The translations under genes were made by a program, and so were the position numbers. Shown here piece by piece: positions 1 to 14,370 of a DNA stretch of 64,000 bases (position 1 is the first letter of the stretch; every line of letters begins with the position of its first letter). This stretch comes from Camelus dromedarius (taxonomy: Eukaryota), in assembly GCF_036321535.1 (NCBI RefSeq), contig NC_087436.1, positions 13,330,001 to 13,394,000 of the forward strand, read 5' to 3'. The notes beneath the pieces are model-generated. The model was not told the DNA's origin. It made no database searches and saw only the letters and a list, made by a program, of their open reading frames with translations.

Positions 1-1199
1 AAACTGAGAGTCTCCAGGGCAGGAAAAGGTCACCAGACTCTGTACAGCGCTTGACCTGTTTGAGTCCTTAACAAATGCTCTCGGGATGGGGATGCCTTTG
101 TTCTCATCCGTTCTGGTGGAAATGATTTAGTGAATGCTCTGCACCTTTCTCTCCCTTCAATGCCACCCTTGACCCCTCACCCCCCACCCTTTCACATTAG
201 ATCTTTTTGCTTCACTGGCCTTTCCGGATGAGGAAGAGTCTCACCAAATCAAGAATGCACCTTTTGAGAAGAGGTCAATTAGTCCTGGCGCGTAATGAGG
301 ACTAAGCTGCTCTCTCCACTTTGACCATTGATTTAAACACTATTCACAGGCTCCAGGGTGCTCATGAGGCAACGCTCTGGGAACTGATGAGGGACTTCAT
401 CCTCCATTCCCATAACCCATGCCCAGTCACCCCAGAGAATCAGCCACCAGCCACAGCTCCCTCCCATCCAGCTACATGGTAACCAAAACAAGCCCCTTCT
501 GTGTACAGTTTCTGTAGCGTGTAATTGCCAACTGGTGAAAGAGAAGAATAGAAAGGAAATGTATTGAGGGAGCTCTGACAGAATTATCATAACAAGGGTT
601 CTGAGGCCCCCACCCCACATGCCAGGAGGCATACTTTATGGCATGACCCATGCCTGCAGGCTGCCCAGTGCAGGAGCTGCTCCATTCAGAACCTGGCCCC
701 TTCACTAATGCTTGTGTTTCCTAAAGCCATGGACTCTCAGAGTCAAGAGACCATGGAGAGCCTTTCTCAGCATGAGGTTTCCTTCTTCATATCCTCCCCA
801 GGTGACCACCATGGAGACACCAACCACTATTTTCCTAGAATACATCCAGTTGAACCAAATAATTCATAAGCTATCCAACTTTCCTTGATTTTATCATTTC
901 TGCCCAAAGCTAAATTTCTCTGGTCCTTTCAATTGTGTCTCATAAGGCATGATTTTAAGGTTATTCCCTGTCCTTGTTACTCCGATAGTCAAGGTCAGTA
1001 AGGACATTCAAGCTCAGCCACATCTTGTAGATGTCTTCATTGACCTCTATGTGTTTTATTTGAGTTTAGCAGAGTAGGGTCAGAGGTTTGTGAAGAGTCT
1101 TGAGGTAGAAGGTCAGGGGAAGGGGAAGCAGCATTGGGTTAGGGTGAGCATACCTGGAGACGGGAACAAGGTTTCTCACTGTGAAAGAACTTCAGTCTT

Positions 1200-1390
1200 A
1201 GAAATAATCGTATCAATCTTGAGCACCTATCAGGAAGTATATCCGGCATTTCACATACATTAATCCTTACAAGAAAGTCAACCGTGTGACTGTCACTTTG
1301 CAATGAAAGTATGAAGTTCATAGAGATTAAATGATTTGCCCAAGGTCATGTAGCTAATCAGTGGCAAAAAATGTATGACTCCAAAACTTC
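1200..1390 (-). mobile_element. MIR SINE fragment
   Basis: MIR core-like motifs: 'ttcacatacattaatccttac', 'agagattaaatgatttgcccaaggtcatgtagctaatcagtggca'. Boundaries approximate. Confidence 0.65.
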
Positions 1391-3629
1391 TAACTTAGAA
1401 TAATTTCTCCTGGCCAATGCCACATCCTCAAATCATGCAAACTCTTAAGGTCCAGATGTTTTCTGTTTTGACCTTTCAGATCTGGCCATTCACTCCTCTT
1501 TGGTCTGATAATTCCGGGCTCAGCTCATTACCTACTATGGCCTTCAGTTCTTTCCTGATCCTTTCAGACGTCTTGCTCTGCACTTGGATATCTTCCTGAT
1601 ACCACAAACTAGTCAGAGTCCCTGGTTCTCCCCTTATTGTTCTGCGTGGACACACACTTGCACTCCCTTAAGAGAAAGGAAGATTCCAACCCCCTGAATC
1701 ACTGAATCCACGTGTTTCTTCCTGGCCAGTTCTGTGAAATGATACTCTCGGTGTTCAAAGAGGAAAGCTAGTTCTTTTGTTCTAGGGCTTCCAAATGCCA
1801 TTAGGTGAATTTTAAATTCTCCAAATGTGCTAAATGTTCACATTTTCCTTCTTTTTTTTTTCCTTTTGGTGGTGATCTTCCTCAAAGAATGCAGTGTCCT
1901 GTGGATGCTCCCTGATTGTCAGAAAGTGAAAGAAGGAATGGAACAAGCATCCAGTCATTTAAAGGCTCATTAAGCTGGCTTTCAGCTCATTCTCAAATGT
2001 TATAACTCGAGTCAAATCTCCAGAGACCTTTTTAAGCTCTTTTGCTTGTAATGCAGTTCAGTTGATTGAAAGCCATTAGAAAGTTCACATCAGAAATCCA
2101 TTGAAGTTGAACATGGACATGATATTCTGACTGAAGAACCTGGTTCTCATGAACTAAAGAGTACTTTGTACTTTTAACAACTGTTTAAAAACTAGAACCC
2201 CATGTCATCCAGTCTCTGCAGGTTATAGCATTCAAGTAAATACAGTCCAACGGCTATAATAATTAAAAGCAAATCACTCTTTCTTCAAATATCTTAAAGA
2301 ATGTTGAAGAGAACCAATTTATTACCCACAGTAGTGTTTCTTAAAAGTCTTTTTTCTCTAGTGTTTTCCTCCTCAGTAGCAATCAGTTTCCCAACTTCCC
2401 CAAAGCTTCTCCCTATATGCTTCACTCTTGACCTCTGGTCCCCAGATCTTCCTCTAAATACAAGTTGGCACAGACCTCCTCTTTCCTCTTGATATCCCCT
2501 ACCCAGAGCTTTTCTTGGAACCCAAAGCAACCCACTCTGTCCTCAAATACATGAAATCCCACAGTGCAAGGTAGTTAACACCCTACAGGCAAACCTTGAC
2601 TGATGGAGAATAGGAGCAGATTGATAAATGTCTCTTTGTTTCTTCCCCTGAGCATTTTGTGAGCATTTCACATTGTCTAGAGAGGTAATTTGTGAGATAC
2701 TTAATATCCTTTAGTAATTTTTTTTTTTTTTGCTTGAAGTAGTCAGAGTGAATTATGTTGTTTGCAACCAAGAATCACATCCAATAAAGATTCCAATAAT
2801 AGCTATTTGAGTTCCAGTTTCCCTGAGTCCTTGACAACACTGGTTATTATCAATTAAAAGAAGCAAACAAAATTAAACAAAAAATATTTCCTTGGGGTCC
2901 AGACTTATAGGACAAGAAAAGCAAATAAATTTGTACAGAGTGCCCACAGTTGAGCTAGTTCTTAACTCTGTAGCTACAAACCAGGTTTGAGATTCATTTA
3001 AACCAGTGATTGTAAGAATTTAGCTGGAAGGCCATTTCCATCCTTTTATTTCTCTGATCATTTTGTATGGTGACCCCAGGTTTCATGTGGTGCTTGGTGG
3101 AAAACATGTGTTTTGCAAAGCATGACTATTTCTGGTTGGTAAACTAGGAGATGGATTTTTCTGACCTGCTGGAGGATTTCACGGATTCCTTCTGAACAAA
3201 GGACCTGGTTCCCAAAGCATTTATCTAAATTGCCTTGCCTCAAAACGGCTTCTCAAACTTGAAAGTACCCCTTTCAGCAGAGTGAATACATTCCCTTTGG
3301 GATCTGGCAGCAGAGTAAGAAGTGGCACAACTTGATTTTAAAATACCTTTGAAATTTTGTTCTTATCAAAAAATTAATTTAAATTTTACATTCTGTTCAC
3401 TAAAATGTCAATGTTACATTTATATACATATAATAAACACAATTACTTACTAAGGACAATTTCAATTAAATAAATTAGATGGGATAATCGATTTATTTCT
3501 GCTACATCCCAAAATGAATTGATCTGATCCAGGTGTCAAATATGCTAGGTACACCTCTGGTTTGGACCCTACTTCACATCTATATCAGTACAGTTAGCCA
3601 GTGACCATCAGATACATGAAATACACAGA

Positions 3630-5195
3630 GCAAATTAACAAACCAAAAAGATGAAGCAGAGAGTAGACTGGGACAGAAGGAAACTTAAACCTCAACCTAA
3701 GCTCTTCAGAGATAAAAGAAATTATTGCCTCTTTGAATAGAAGTAACAAGAATAAGATATTATCTTAAAGAGAAAAGAAAGAAACTTTTGAGAACAAGAA
3801 AGAATTCTCAGGAATTTAAAGTAGAAACTCAAATTCTTTTAAAAAAATAAGTAGGGAAAAAAGACAATGTTGAGAAAATCTTAATAGAAATAGAACAAAA
3901 ATAAATTATACCAAGTGGGAAAATAGGATAAAAAAAAAGATTTTTTAAAATAGAGGATCAGTTCAGAAGCTCTGGTCTCTGACTAACAGGAGTTCCAGGA
4001 AGAACACCAAGAAAATAGACAGAAGTAAGAAATCAGATAACACCAGAAATGTTCCCAGAAATAAAGGCCATGAGTTCCAGAATTGAAATGGCCACCGAGT
4101 GAGAACAATTTAAAAAAACAAACAAACAAAAAAAAAAAACCAAGGCAAAACCACTGTGACATTTCTGAATATTGGGAATGAAGAAAAAGTCCTAAGAAAT
4201 CCCAGACAGAAATAACAGAGTCTATACCAAAAGAGAAGAATCAGCTTGGCACTGGATTTTCCAGAAGCACCTGGAAATCTAGAAGATTCTGGAGCACTAC
4301 TACCAATATTCTAAATTTTTAAAATATTTTCAATCTAGAATTTTATAAGCATCTAAACTATAACTTAATGAAATTATACAGTAAACATTTTCTGACATTC
4401 AAGATCTGAAAAAGATTACTTCCTATGTACCTTATGTCTGAAAGCTACTAGAGGATGTGTTCCATAAAAACAAGAAAGGAAACAGAGATAAAGGAATGCA
4501 CAGTATCTAGAAAATGAAGGGCATAACCTCAGGAAGAGACCATATTCAGACATGAAAAGAATTCCTTGATTAACACTTAAGGGAGTACCCAGGTCAGCAG
4601 CTATGCAATAGGCCTTGAAAGTCCTCAAGTTTGGGTTGGAGCAGGAAGATGAAGTACTCCAGAAACAGTGTCTCCTCCAAAGAGGGGGAAAAAAAGGGAC
4701 CCAGTTCCTGAAGTTATGTTCTTCTGAAGAATGTGCAAACTAATTAGTGTAGGAACATTAAGCAGATGTAAAAAATAATAATAATAATACAATTTGAACT
4801 CCAGGGGAAAAAAAAAAAGTGTACAAGAAAGGAAATGGAATCACAGATGTGTGCAACATTCACATTGTCCTAAAAATGCAAACACTGAGGGCTAATTTAA
4901 CAAATGATTGTGATTTAACTGCACGGTGAGGATGGGGGTGGAGTATGTATGTGTGAGAGAGGCCAGCTTCCGTCTTTCATAAGGAAAGTCCATCACTGCA
5001 ATTAGAAGTAGCAGTATTGTTCTATTGTTTAGAAAGATAGGACTAAATGCCAAGGAATTAAGTTAAAAGAAATGACAGCGGCTGCCTTTGGGGAAAATGG
5101 CTGGGGACAGGAAGGCAGAGGACTGCTATTTTAAGTCTCATGCTACTATCTTTTTCTAAAATTATGGACACATATTACTTTTGGCAAACATAGTT
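3630..5195 (+). mobile_element. Ancient HAL1/L1M-type element (degenerate ORF1 plus 3' end)
   Basis: A-rich ORF1-like text ('gaggatcagttcagaag...aacaggagttccagg', 'atcagcttggcactggatttt', 'ttttcaatctagaattttata') and a HAL1-like 3' end ('gctgcctttggggaaaatgg...gactgctatt...aaattatggacacatattactt'). Confidence 0.6.
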
Positions 5196-5589
5196 AAAAG
5201 AGAGAAGCCGGAAATCAGAATTCTAATGGAAACCCCGAGGTTTCGTGTGTATAAAATTAATATAAAATTAAAACATAAAATGGGGAGGGCACTTCAGCTT
5301 CCAACAAAATATCTCCTTAACCTCTCTGTGCCAGATCAGGCCTCTGGGCCACAGGAAGTCTCTGAAGGGCAGCGAAGGAGGACTTATGGAGCACCCACTG
5401 CATGCTAGTGGCCTGGCAGAAGATTCCCAGAGATCACTGTGACTGGCCTCACCACAGCCGTGAGGAATAGAGGAAGTGATTTTCCAGGTGAGAGGCTAAG
5501 TCCCAAAAGGATGAAGAACTTGACTGCAGGTATTCTCTGTATTTGTGAGTGCAAGCTGCAGTTACTCTGCAGACAGACAGATAAAACAG

Positions 5590-5720
5590 TCAGTGATACT
5601 TGTGAAGCCATTTTACAGATGAGAAAACTGAGGCTCAGCAGGTCAAGTGGCTTAACCAAGTCAGTAAGTGGCAGAGCTGCAGAGCGGCCCCAGCCTCTGA
5701 TATAACACTCCACTCTGAAC
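5590..5720 (-). mobile_element. MIR SINE fragment
   Basis: 'ccattttacagatgagaaaactgaggctcag...aagtggcttaaccaagtc...gtaagtggcagagct' matches the MIR core. Confidence 0.75.
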
Positions 5721-6691
5721 CTCTGGAGCACAGAGACCATGTCTTACCCCTGTTAGTGGCCCCGTACCAGGTAAACTGGACCTGGCACACAGGACTTGCT
5801 CAGCCAGGACCCACTGACTGAGACAGGCAGAGCCCTGAAGAGGTCTCACCTCGATTACCAGGCTAGGAGAATTTCCAGCAGACCCAAGCCCCCAATTCTT
5901 CCTCCTTGTACCTGCTGGGCACGTGACCTCTGAGAAGGCTGCCTGGGTCTAGCTCCTGCAGGGGCGGGACCCTCCATCCAAACAAGAGAGAACCATTTGG
6001 CAATCCTTCAAGTGACCCAAAGAGCCAGGTTACAGCTGCACCCCTGCTTTAATACTGAAATGTCACACATTTTAAATTATAGGACAATAACAATTTCAGT
6101 CTTAAAAAAAATAGCAAAATTAAATCTTTAATACAAAAAAACAATGAAATCATGGAAACAATTTTGGAGTCCACAGAAATTTTGAAAATGGCATTAGCAA
6201 ACTGTGAAATCAGGGAGATAAAAATCAGATGCCCTGAGGGGGAACAGCCATACGCCCCAGCCCAGCCCCCTCACCCAGAGTCCTGGAGAGTCCCGTTTCC
6301 ATCCTGCGGGTCCAGGAGGCAGGGGGTCTGGAGCTAATGCATGTCTCCTGCTCGGCGCCTTGGAAAAGCACGGAATGAGTGAACTTTCCAGCATGTGATG
6401 TTGGTCTTCCTGAAGACTGAGAGGATAGTCTGTGGAAACCAGCACCCTGGGAGAAGCCCTGGGAGGCAGAAGGGTGCACTTCAAAGGATCTTAGAGAAGT
6501 AATTTCATTCCTACAGCTTCTCTTTGGTGGTCTTTGTGGGAGTCAGAATCACAGGGCCTATCTCTGGGGCTTCCATGATAATTTTGAAATTATTCCCAGG
6601 ACAAAGCACTTGTTGTAGGGATTAAGTGCTGGAGAGCCGGCATAGAGAACATGGTAGAATACGAAACGTTTTCAAAAGCTTCTCTTTGCTC

Positions 6692-6775
6692 TTTTTTTTT
6701 TTAAATTGAAGTACAGTTAGTTACAATGTGTCAATTTCTAGTGTACAGCATGATGCCCCAGTCATGCATATACGT
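6692..6775 (-). mobile_element. Short L1 3'-terminal fragment
   Basis: Poly-T followed by 'aattgaagtacagttagttacaatgtgtcaatttctagtgtacagca', the reverse complement of the L1 3' tip at 28830-28880. Confidence 0.75.
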
Positions 6776-8496
6776 GAGAGCTTTAAGGTCGTGGTAACAT
6801 GAGCAGAATTAATAGCCTGCTCTTGATCAGGAAATTTCTGAGTTGTTTCTCTTTATGACTCATGGGACCAGAAAGATGGGGAAAGAATATCTAAGGAAGG
6901 GTGTTTAATAGGGTGGTGACCAATCTAATTCTCTGCCACAATTGTCAAGTTCAAGGCAGCCTGAAGCGAGGGCGAGTTGAATGTGTGCTGGCAAATGAGT
7001 GTGGGCAAGAAGGGTACTGTGGTCCTGGGGCCAAGAAACACAGGTGCCCGCCTCGTCCTCAAGAAAAACAAGGCTCAAGTCCCCCAGAATAGAATTCAGA
7101 GAGAAGAAACAGGGGAATCTTTCCATGGAAGTTCATTCGTGAGGTTTTCCTGGACCTGCCACCCCGTGGCTTTCTTGCTTTCCTGCCCACTGGCTCATGG
7201 GAATTTCTGAAGGAAATTCAGGCCCTCTGGAATATCACATTTTCAGTTTCTTCTCTCTGACCTTGAGGTTGCAGAAAATGTCAAGTGTAGAAGAGTGCTT
7301 CTGTCTTCCACCCTGGGTATTAAACACTTGGGGGGCATCTGTCACACCACCAGGTGCTGCCAGACCTGCCTGGAGCCAGCCTCCTAGGGGCAGGGTGACC
7401 GCCTCCATCCTCACTTCTGCTGGATGGCTATTCAAGATCAGCAGATGCAGCACCACAGAAATGCAAGTTTCTCTAAATCATTTATTCCTGCCCTGATCAT
7501 CTCGCATTTTAACAACATCAGAAGGGGAACTTGGATAGTGGGGGCCAGCGTATCACAAGAAAAGGCATGAAGGCAAAACTGAACAGCCTATTCTTGTCTT
7601 CAAGAATGTTTTCCAACCATCTTTGCTCCTGGAATCCTTGAAAACCTGTAGTACTTCCTGGGAGAGTGTTTTTCTACCCAGAAGGGCATGGATGTTAAGC
7701 ATCCTACTTCAGGGCAGAAATGAAGGCTTTACAACATTATTTGTTTCCCAGGCGTTTTGCCCGACTATGACTATGCTGCTTGGCTTTAAGATCTGCCTTG
7801 CCCTGCAAATCAACAGGCCCCAAGGGCACTTCTGCTTCAACTCAAAACAGTCTCTGCCAGATTTTTCATCCTTACATCCACCAAAATATTTTAAATGCTG
7901 CTGAGTGCAGTTCTCTTTTGTGGGGTGCTATTCAAGATCAATAAATGCAACCCTGCTTCTCTGCATCCAGAATCTTTCTATGGCAAACACTGAGCTTATA
8001 AAGGCTGCCTCCACACTGATGATGGGATCAAAATCAGAACAATTGCTCTGAAAGATGATCTGATGCTACGTTTTATAATGAAATCCCCCAAATGAGGACA
8101 TCTGAAGTCATGCTTCCTTTCCAATAACTTATCCTGTGGCTGTATTTAAAGTTATTCCTAAAGACATTCATGTCAGTAGGCTTTATTATAGGAAAAAAAT
8201 CTAAATCAGTCTGAAGGTCCATTAATACAACATTGTAGAACTTGACACAACACTGTAAACTGACTATACTTTGATAAAAATATATATACATAGAGTAAAA
8301 AAATACATTGTTTCAATTAATTATTGTACATCCATACACCAGACAAAGATCTCTTGTGCCACCAATCAGAATAGTGTCATGAAGGTCTATTTACTGACAG
8401 GCAAAATGCACAGGTTGCAATACAGAATGTTAAAGTGGGCCACAAACAATGTACAGTATGATAAAGTTTATAATGTACGTGTGGACACAGAGAATG

Positions 8497-9320
8497 TTCG
8501 TTCATCCATTCACCAAGTACCTGTGACACACTTCTATGTTCTTACTGCTCCGGGAACTGTTCCAGGCACTGGGGAGACAGCAGTGAGTCAGACACCTAGA
8601 GGTCCCACCCATATACAGTTTACAATATTAAAAGGTAGAGAAAGTTAATAAACAAATGAATATTAAATATAATGTCAGAGAGGGATTAGCGCTATGAATA
8701 AAAGTAAGCTTGGGTAATGAATTGGAGTGTGGAGGAGGGGACGATTTTACACAGCGTGATCCGCGAAGAGTTCTCTGAGGAGATGACGTTTGGACAGAAT
8801 TGTGCAGGAAGACGGAGGGAGTGCCAGGCTCTCCTCGGATGACACCAAGTTCAGATGCTGACGAAAAGCATGGTGGGCACATACAAAGCCCAGTGAGAAG
8901 GACCCATGGCTGGGAGCTGGTGGGAGAAGAAGTCAGTGGGTGGGCTAGCAAGGGCCAGGGTCTTTTGCAAACCACTGGGTTGGTTTTGGGCAGAGGCTTA
9001 ACTAGGACTCTGGCTGCTGTGTGAGGACTAGTCTATAGGGGGCGCAAGAGTGGAAGCAGAAAGACCAGTTCAACCGCCACTGCAGAAGAGGCTTCTGGCT
9101 TGAACAAGGGCAGCAGTAATGGAGTTGGTGAGAAAAAAAGTCTGGGTATATATTTAAGGAAGCATTTCCAGGATTGTCTAATGTACTGGGTCGATAGCAT
9201 GAGGTAGAGAGAGGAGTGAAGTTTTTGGTCTGAATAACTTAAAAAAATGATAATATTGATGCCACTAATGGAGTTAGTAAACACTGAGGGAGGCAGAGTT
9301 GGAAAGGGAAATCAGAAGGG
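8497..9320 (-). mobile_element. L2 LINE 3' region
   Basis: Starts 'cgttcatccattcaccaag...tgttccaggcactggggagacagcagtgag' (reverse L2 tail), followed by typical purine-rich antisense L2 text. Confidence 0.7.
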
Positions 9321-10756
9321 TACCAACCAAAGTATCTGATAACAATGCTAGCTAACACTCACAGAAGTGCTTGCTCTGGGCCAGGCACTTTGTAACATCT
9401 ATATTCACTCATTTAATCATCACAATAACCTTTAAGATGGGTTCCTATTATTGCACTTGGGAATATGGCTTACTTTTATATTTACCTAAATATGCTCATT
9501 TTCTTTGCAATGAACGTGTATACCTTACATAATGAAGGAAAGTGTGTGTGTGTGTGTAATAACCCCAGCAAAAAGAAAATGATATATTTATAAAAGTACT
9601 TGATGAGTCTCTGGTAATTGCTCGGTCTAGGGTCTTTTACTTCAGCAGATTTTTAACTTTTTTCCTGCCAGGTCAGATAAGTTCACATTATCTTATGGAT
9701 GATCCCCAAGTAACACACAGTTTCCTGCATCCTGATTGTAATTTAACCCCTATGTTCCTTGACATTTAAAAACACTCTCATGCAATGAGAGAGGAAAAAA
9801 AAACATTTTAAAGGGATAACAGTGAATCTGTTTTAATTTTTTTGTGTATGAAATTTGGCAAATGGATTGCTTTCAACTCTTCCACTTAATACATCCTCAC
9901 ACAGTATGTTTGACTCATTCCACATGGATGCAAACTCATGAGTGGGTCCCTACACCAAGTTCTGGTTTAAATGTTTATACGAATCAGATAACTGGAGGGC
10001 ATTGATTTTTTTTTCAACATTTCATAAAAGAAAGCTCTCACTTATTTTTGTCTTTTCTCTCCAGTCACTAGGATTTAACCACAGATTGGGTTTTTTTGTC
10101 CAACAAGTTCTATCAATGTGAATGTGTTCATTGAAGCATAGAGAACAAGGGTGATTGTAGCTCCTGACAATGGATGAACAGGGGGACATTTGGGGCAGGG
10201 GCCCCTGCAAGTTACCATAGTGACGCTTCTGACTAGAGAATCGTGCAACCCTACCTGCCACGGAAGTCACTGATTGAAATGGGATTCTAACTATCCTCTG
10301 CTGCTATCAGATAATTTCAGGGTATGTAAGTGGAGGATGAACTAACCAGGTCCAATTTAAAATGAAAAGTCGATTGAGACCTCAGCTCATTCTGCTCCTT
10401 CATTAATGCTTAATAAGCTCCCTGATGCTGGAATTACACCAAGGGCAGTCACATTCAATTACCGTAACTTCAAAACACGTATCGATTTTTATTTTCTTTT
10501 GCGTATGTAGCGAGGAATCCCATCATGAGTCTTGTTAAGTGGAATTGGATACGCCTTGAATCAAACTGTGTCTCCTGAGTCAATTGCATTGCAACTGGAA
10601 AGGAATTAGAGATTGCCTGGCCCAACCTTGTCCCCTCATAGATAAGGGAACATATGGTCAGAGAGGCGGAGTGATCTGCCCAGGACCACACGGAATGAGG
10701 GCCAGCAGCCCGCTGCCCTCACCCTGAGCCCAGTGCTCTTTCTGCCCATCAGACCC

Positions 10757-11292
10757 TGTAGAATAGGAAAGAACAAATCTGACTCTGTATTTGATCTGTT
10801 CCTTTCTCTTTAACCCTGTGCTCTGTTTCCTAGGCTTAGTCTTAGTGGTTCTGCACCTTTTGTAAAAGACTGTTGCCTAGAGGCTGAAATACACAGGAGA
10901 GCCTATTCTCAAGGCTCTAAGCTTTAAGGATATTAACACTTTTCCATTCATATAAAGATAACAAGTTGCAGAATAGAAAATAACGTTTGTTTTGTTGGAG
11001 GTTTTACTGGGACACCATGACCTGACCCAGGTGAACAGCTGCAAGAACGAAGGATTCCAAGAACAAAGAACTCCTACACCAAGAAGTTTGCAACAACCAA
11101 GCACACCCTCTCCCCTTTTTAGTATTAAAAAAGCCTGAATTCTGACTTGGGGAAGATGATTCTCCAGGACAGTAGTCTGCCATCGTCTTGGTCTTCTGGC
11201 TTTCTGAATAAAGTTGTTATTCCTTGCCCCAACACCTTGTCTCCTGATTTACTGGCCTGTCATGTGGCGTGCAGAGTTTGGACTCTGTAACA
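10757..11292 (+). mobile_element. Solo ERV LTR (ERV1-like), about 536 bp
   Basis: TG...CA termini ('tgtagaatagg'...'ctctgtaaca'), TATA-like 'tagtattaaaaaagcc' near 11120, AATAAA near 11207 followed by a U5-like stretch. No clear TSD. Confidence 0.65.
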
Positions 11293-13689
11293 CTTGCAGC
11301 CTTTCTTGTGTGTAATCACCTGCCAAGGCTTCTGTGGGTAGTCTCAGTCGGCCCCACAGTGATCCCAGGATTGGATTCAGGAAGTATCTCCAAAACTTCA
11401 CCATTGGCCTCGTGTCTCCCACAGCAGCAGAGCTGGGCCCCCCGGGGGGACAGGAAAACCCAAGCAGGCAGCAGGACAGATGCTGTAGCACCTCATGGCC
11501 AGGAACCACAGAAGCCCGTGACCCTACCCTGAAATCCAGCCTGGAGATTGTAGAAGGAAATATGGGAGGACTAAAAAAAGGGCAGATGGAGAGAGAGAGA
11601 GGGGCTGGGGGGATCACAGCATGCTCATGGATGTATAGAAAATTAAGGCAGCATCAAGGAAACATAGGTCTAAAGCATTTCATAATCAAGACCTGACCGT
11701 TTAAAAGCCACTTTCAACAACAACTATAAAAGCCTTGTCCGAGAACTACTCCCCTTAGGCTCAAGTTCGGAGCAAGAGAAAAATTCAGATCTTGACTGAC
11801 ACCTTTCTTCTCTTGCATTTCAGCTGCATTTCCTTTAGCAGATCAACTAACAACAATATCCCAGCCTGCATCCTCGCATCAAGAGCCTAAAAACTTCTGA
11901 TAGGAATAGTTTTAAAAATTAAAAGTTGGCATCTGATCAGCTCTGCAGTAATCACACTGTTGTCAGCGTTGAGAGTACATTTAGGTGTGGAAATACAATC
12001 CAGATTTGATGCCAACTGTATAAATATATATTCCTGCCTATAACTATCTATCCAAGCCAATAACCAACTACTGACTTTTGTATACACTGGAGGGTACTAT
12101 AAACAGACTGGGTTTACCTAACAAAATCTTTACCCTCTGTTCTGATGACAAGTGTGACAAATCCCAGCTAACCACTCTTTGCAAAGACTTCCTCACAGTG
12201 ACAAGTCAGAGTGCCATCCATGTCAGTTACATAGCTGGCTTTGGAGTATCAGCCAATAGCAGCAGATCTGTCCTGGGGTTGCATTGATGAACGATTCCTG
12301 CCAACTCTAATTCCTGGTGAGCTGTCCCTTGGATTTACTGATTCAGTGGAATCCGCAAATAATACTAGTAAGTTGGACACAAGTCAGTTCACAGAAGAAA
12401 AATTCCCTCTCTGTTTTAGTTGATGATGATTGGCAATCTTTCGGGAAACTGGTCTGGATCCTCATCTTGACATCGCTGCTGGCTGCACCACCTTGGACAG
12501 GCTTTTCCCCTCTGAGCCTCTGTTCTCTCATCTGTAGAATAAAGCAGGAAGTGAAGAGGACCTCTATGGTCATCTCAGACTCTAGCATTCTGCAATTTGG
12601 CTTTGGAAGAAAGTATCTATTTATCCAGAGGGATCAGAATTAGAAAGATGTTTCTAATAATTGAAAACAACCAGCCTTGAAAATTTACAAGACTTGTTGC
12701 AGGCCAGGGCAATCCTTTCCTCAGGAAAAGGCAGAATCCGGTCTGGGCTGGAGGAAAGAGGGTGTTCATCTGCATGTTTGGAGGAAGGTCTGTGAGCCTT
12801 TGCAGAATCATTAACATTTAAATGTGCATTTCTGAGCTTTCTTTCCCCTGGCAAGTACCAGAAACCTCACATATATGTAACCAGGAGCCAGTGTTCCTTC
12901 TCCAGATGCCAGGATATATCACAGTCAACATCATCTTCTGAAAGTGTCGGTTGGCCAGATACAGATTTCATTAATGCAACCCAATTCTTAATATCCACTT
13001 ACTAGAGTCTGGCTCTTTTACTGATTTGGAATCCTGATACTTCATGATTTCCAAAGCTTTACTGTCTACTGAGTCAGTTGCCTTCATGATTTTGATGCAA
13101 CATTCCTGCTCCTGTTAAAGATACCAGGTATGGTACAGAGCACTTCTGAGCCCAGACTTGCCAAATAACAGTCTTGTGAAAATATTGCTGAGAGAAAAGG
13201 TAATTGTAATGATAGAACAGAAAGTTTGTGAAAGTCACATTCCACTCCCCACCCCCCCCAAAAACACATTAGAGAAATAACACAAAAAAATTTTAAAAAT
13301 TAAAAAATTTTAAAATTAAAAATTGGTGTTACAATTCATACCTTGTTAATTAAAGACTTTAAAATAAAGAAATAAAATGCCTTTTTAATAAAAGTTACAT
13401 CCCATCCATATTACTGGATTTATGTGGGGAATTTTATAGCAAATAACAATCAGATAAACTGTGCCATATTTTAATTCTATGTGTGTAGATCAACCTTGTT
13501 TGAAGCAATCACACCTCTAAAAATCTGGCAATATTAAGTTTGTAAATTACAGAGTAGCTGCTTTACATAATGTTTATCGATTTTGCCATGAACAGAGGAG
13601 TAAAATTCATTCAAACCTCTGCACCTGAGACCCCAAAAGGAAAACTTTAGTAATTTACAAAGAATCCAGACTAGCACTACACCTAACAT

Positions 13690-13900
13690 GCGCTTGCTAT
13701 GGGCCAAGCACTATTTTAAGTGTTTTGCTAATATGAACTCGTTTAATCCTCGGAAGGATCTGAGGCAGGTTGTATTATTATCTTTCCACGACACTAACAG
13801 ATTAAGTGATTCACCAAAATCGTATGCTGTTAAGTGAAGGGGCTCAGCTTAGCCCAAGAGCACTCTGGATCCATTCCCCATGCTCCAAAGCTCTCTGCTA
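13690..13900 (-). mobile_element. MIR SINE
   Basis: 'cttgctatgggccaagcactattttaagtgtttt...aactcgtttaatcctc...aggttgtattattatc...gattaagtgattcaccaaaatc'. Confidence 0.65.
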
Positions 13901-14041
13901 CGCTTACGGTCATTTTAAAATGCTAAGTTTAGGGGTGGAGTACAGCTCAGTGGTAGTGCGTGCTTAGCATGCATGAGGTCCTGGGTTCACACCCCAGTAC
14001 TTCCATTAATTTTTTTTAAAACATTAAAATAAATAAACCTA

Positions 14042-14369
14042 CAATGCCGTGTTGGATGGAGCCAACTGCATCATACTGTCTGGAGAGACGGCCACAGGGG
14101 ACTGCCCCCTGGAGGCTGTTTGCATGCAGCACCTGTTTGCCCGTGAGGCAGAGGGCGCCATCTACCATTTGCAATTATTAGAGGAGCTAAGCCTCCTGGC
14201 ACCCGTTACCAGCCACCCCACGGAAGCCGCCACCGTGGGTGCTGTGGAGGCCTCCTTCAAGTGCTGCAGTCGGGCCATCATCGTCCTCACCACGTCTGGC
14301 AGGTCTGCTCACCAGGTGGCCAGATACCGCCCCCGCGTCCCCATCACTGCTGTGACCCAGAATCCCCAG
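14042..14369 (+). pseudogene. PKM: PKM (M2 isoform) processed pseudogene, 5' piece (~residues 350-458)
   Basis: Translates [31 protein letters not shown]...[70 protein letters not shown]. Intronless, contains the M2-specific exon, 5'-truncated. Confidence 0.96.
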
Positions 14370-14370
14370 G

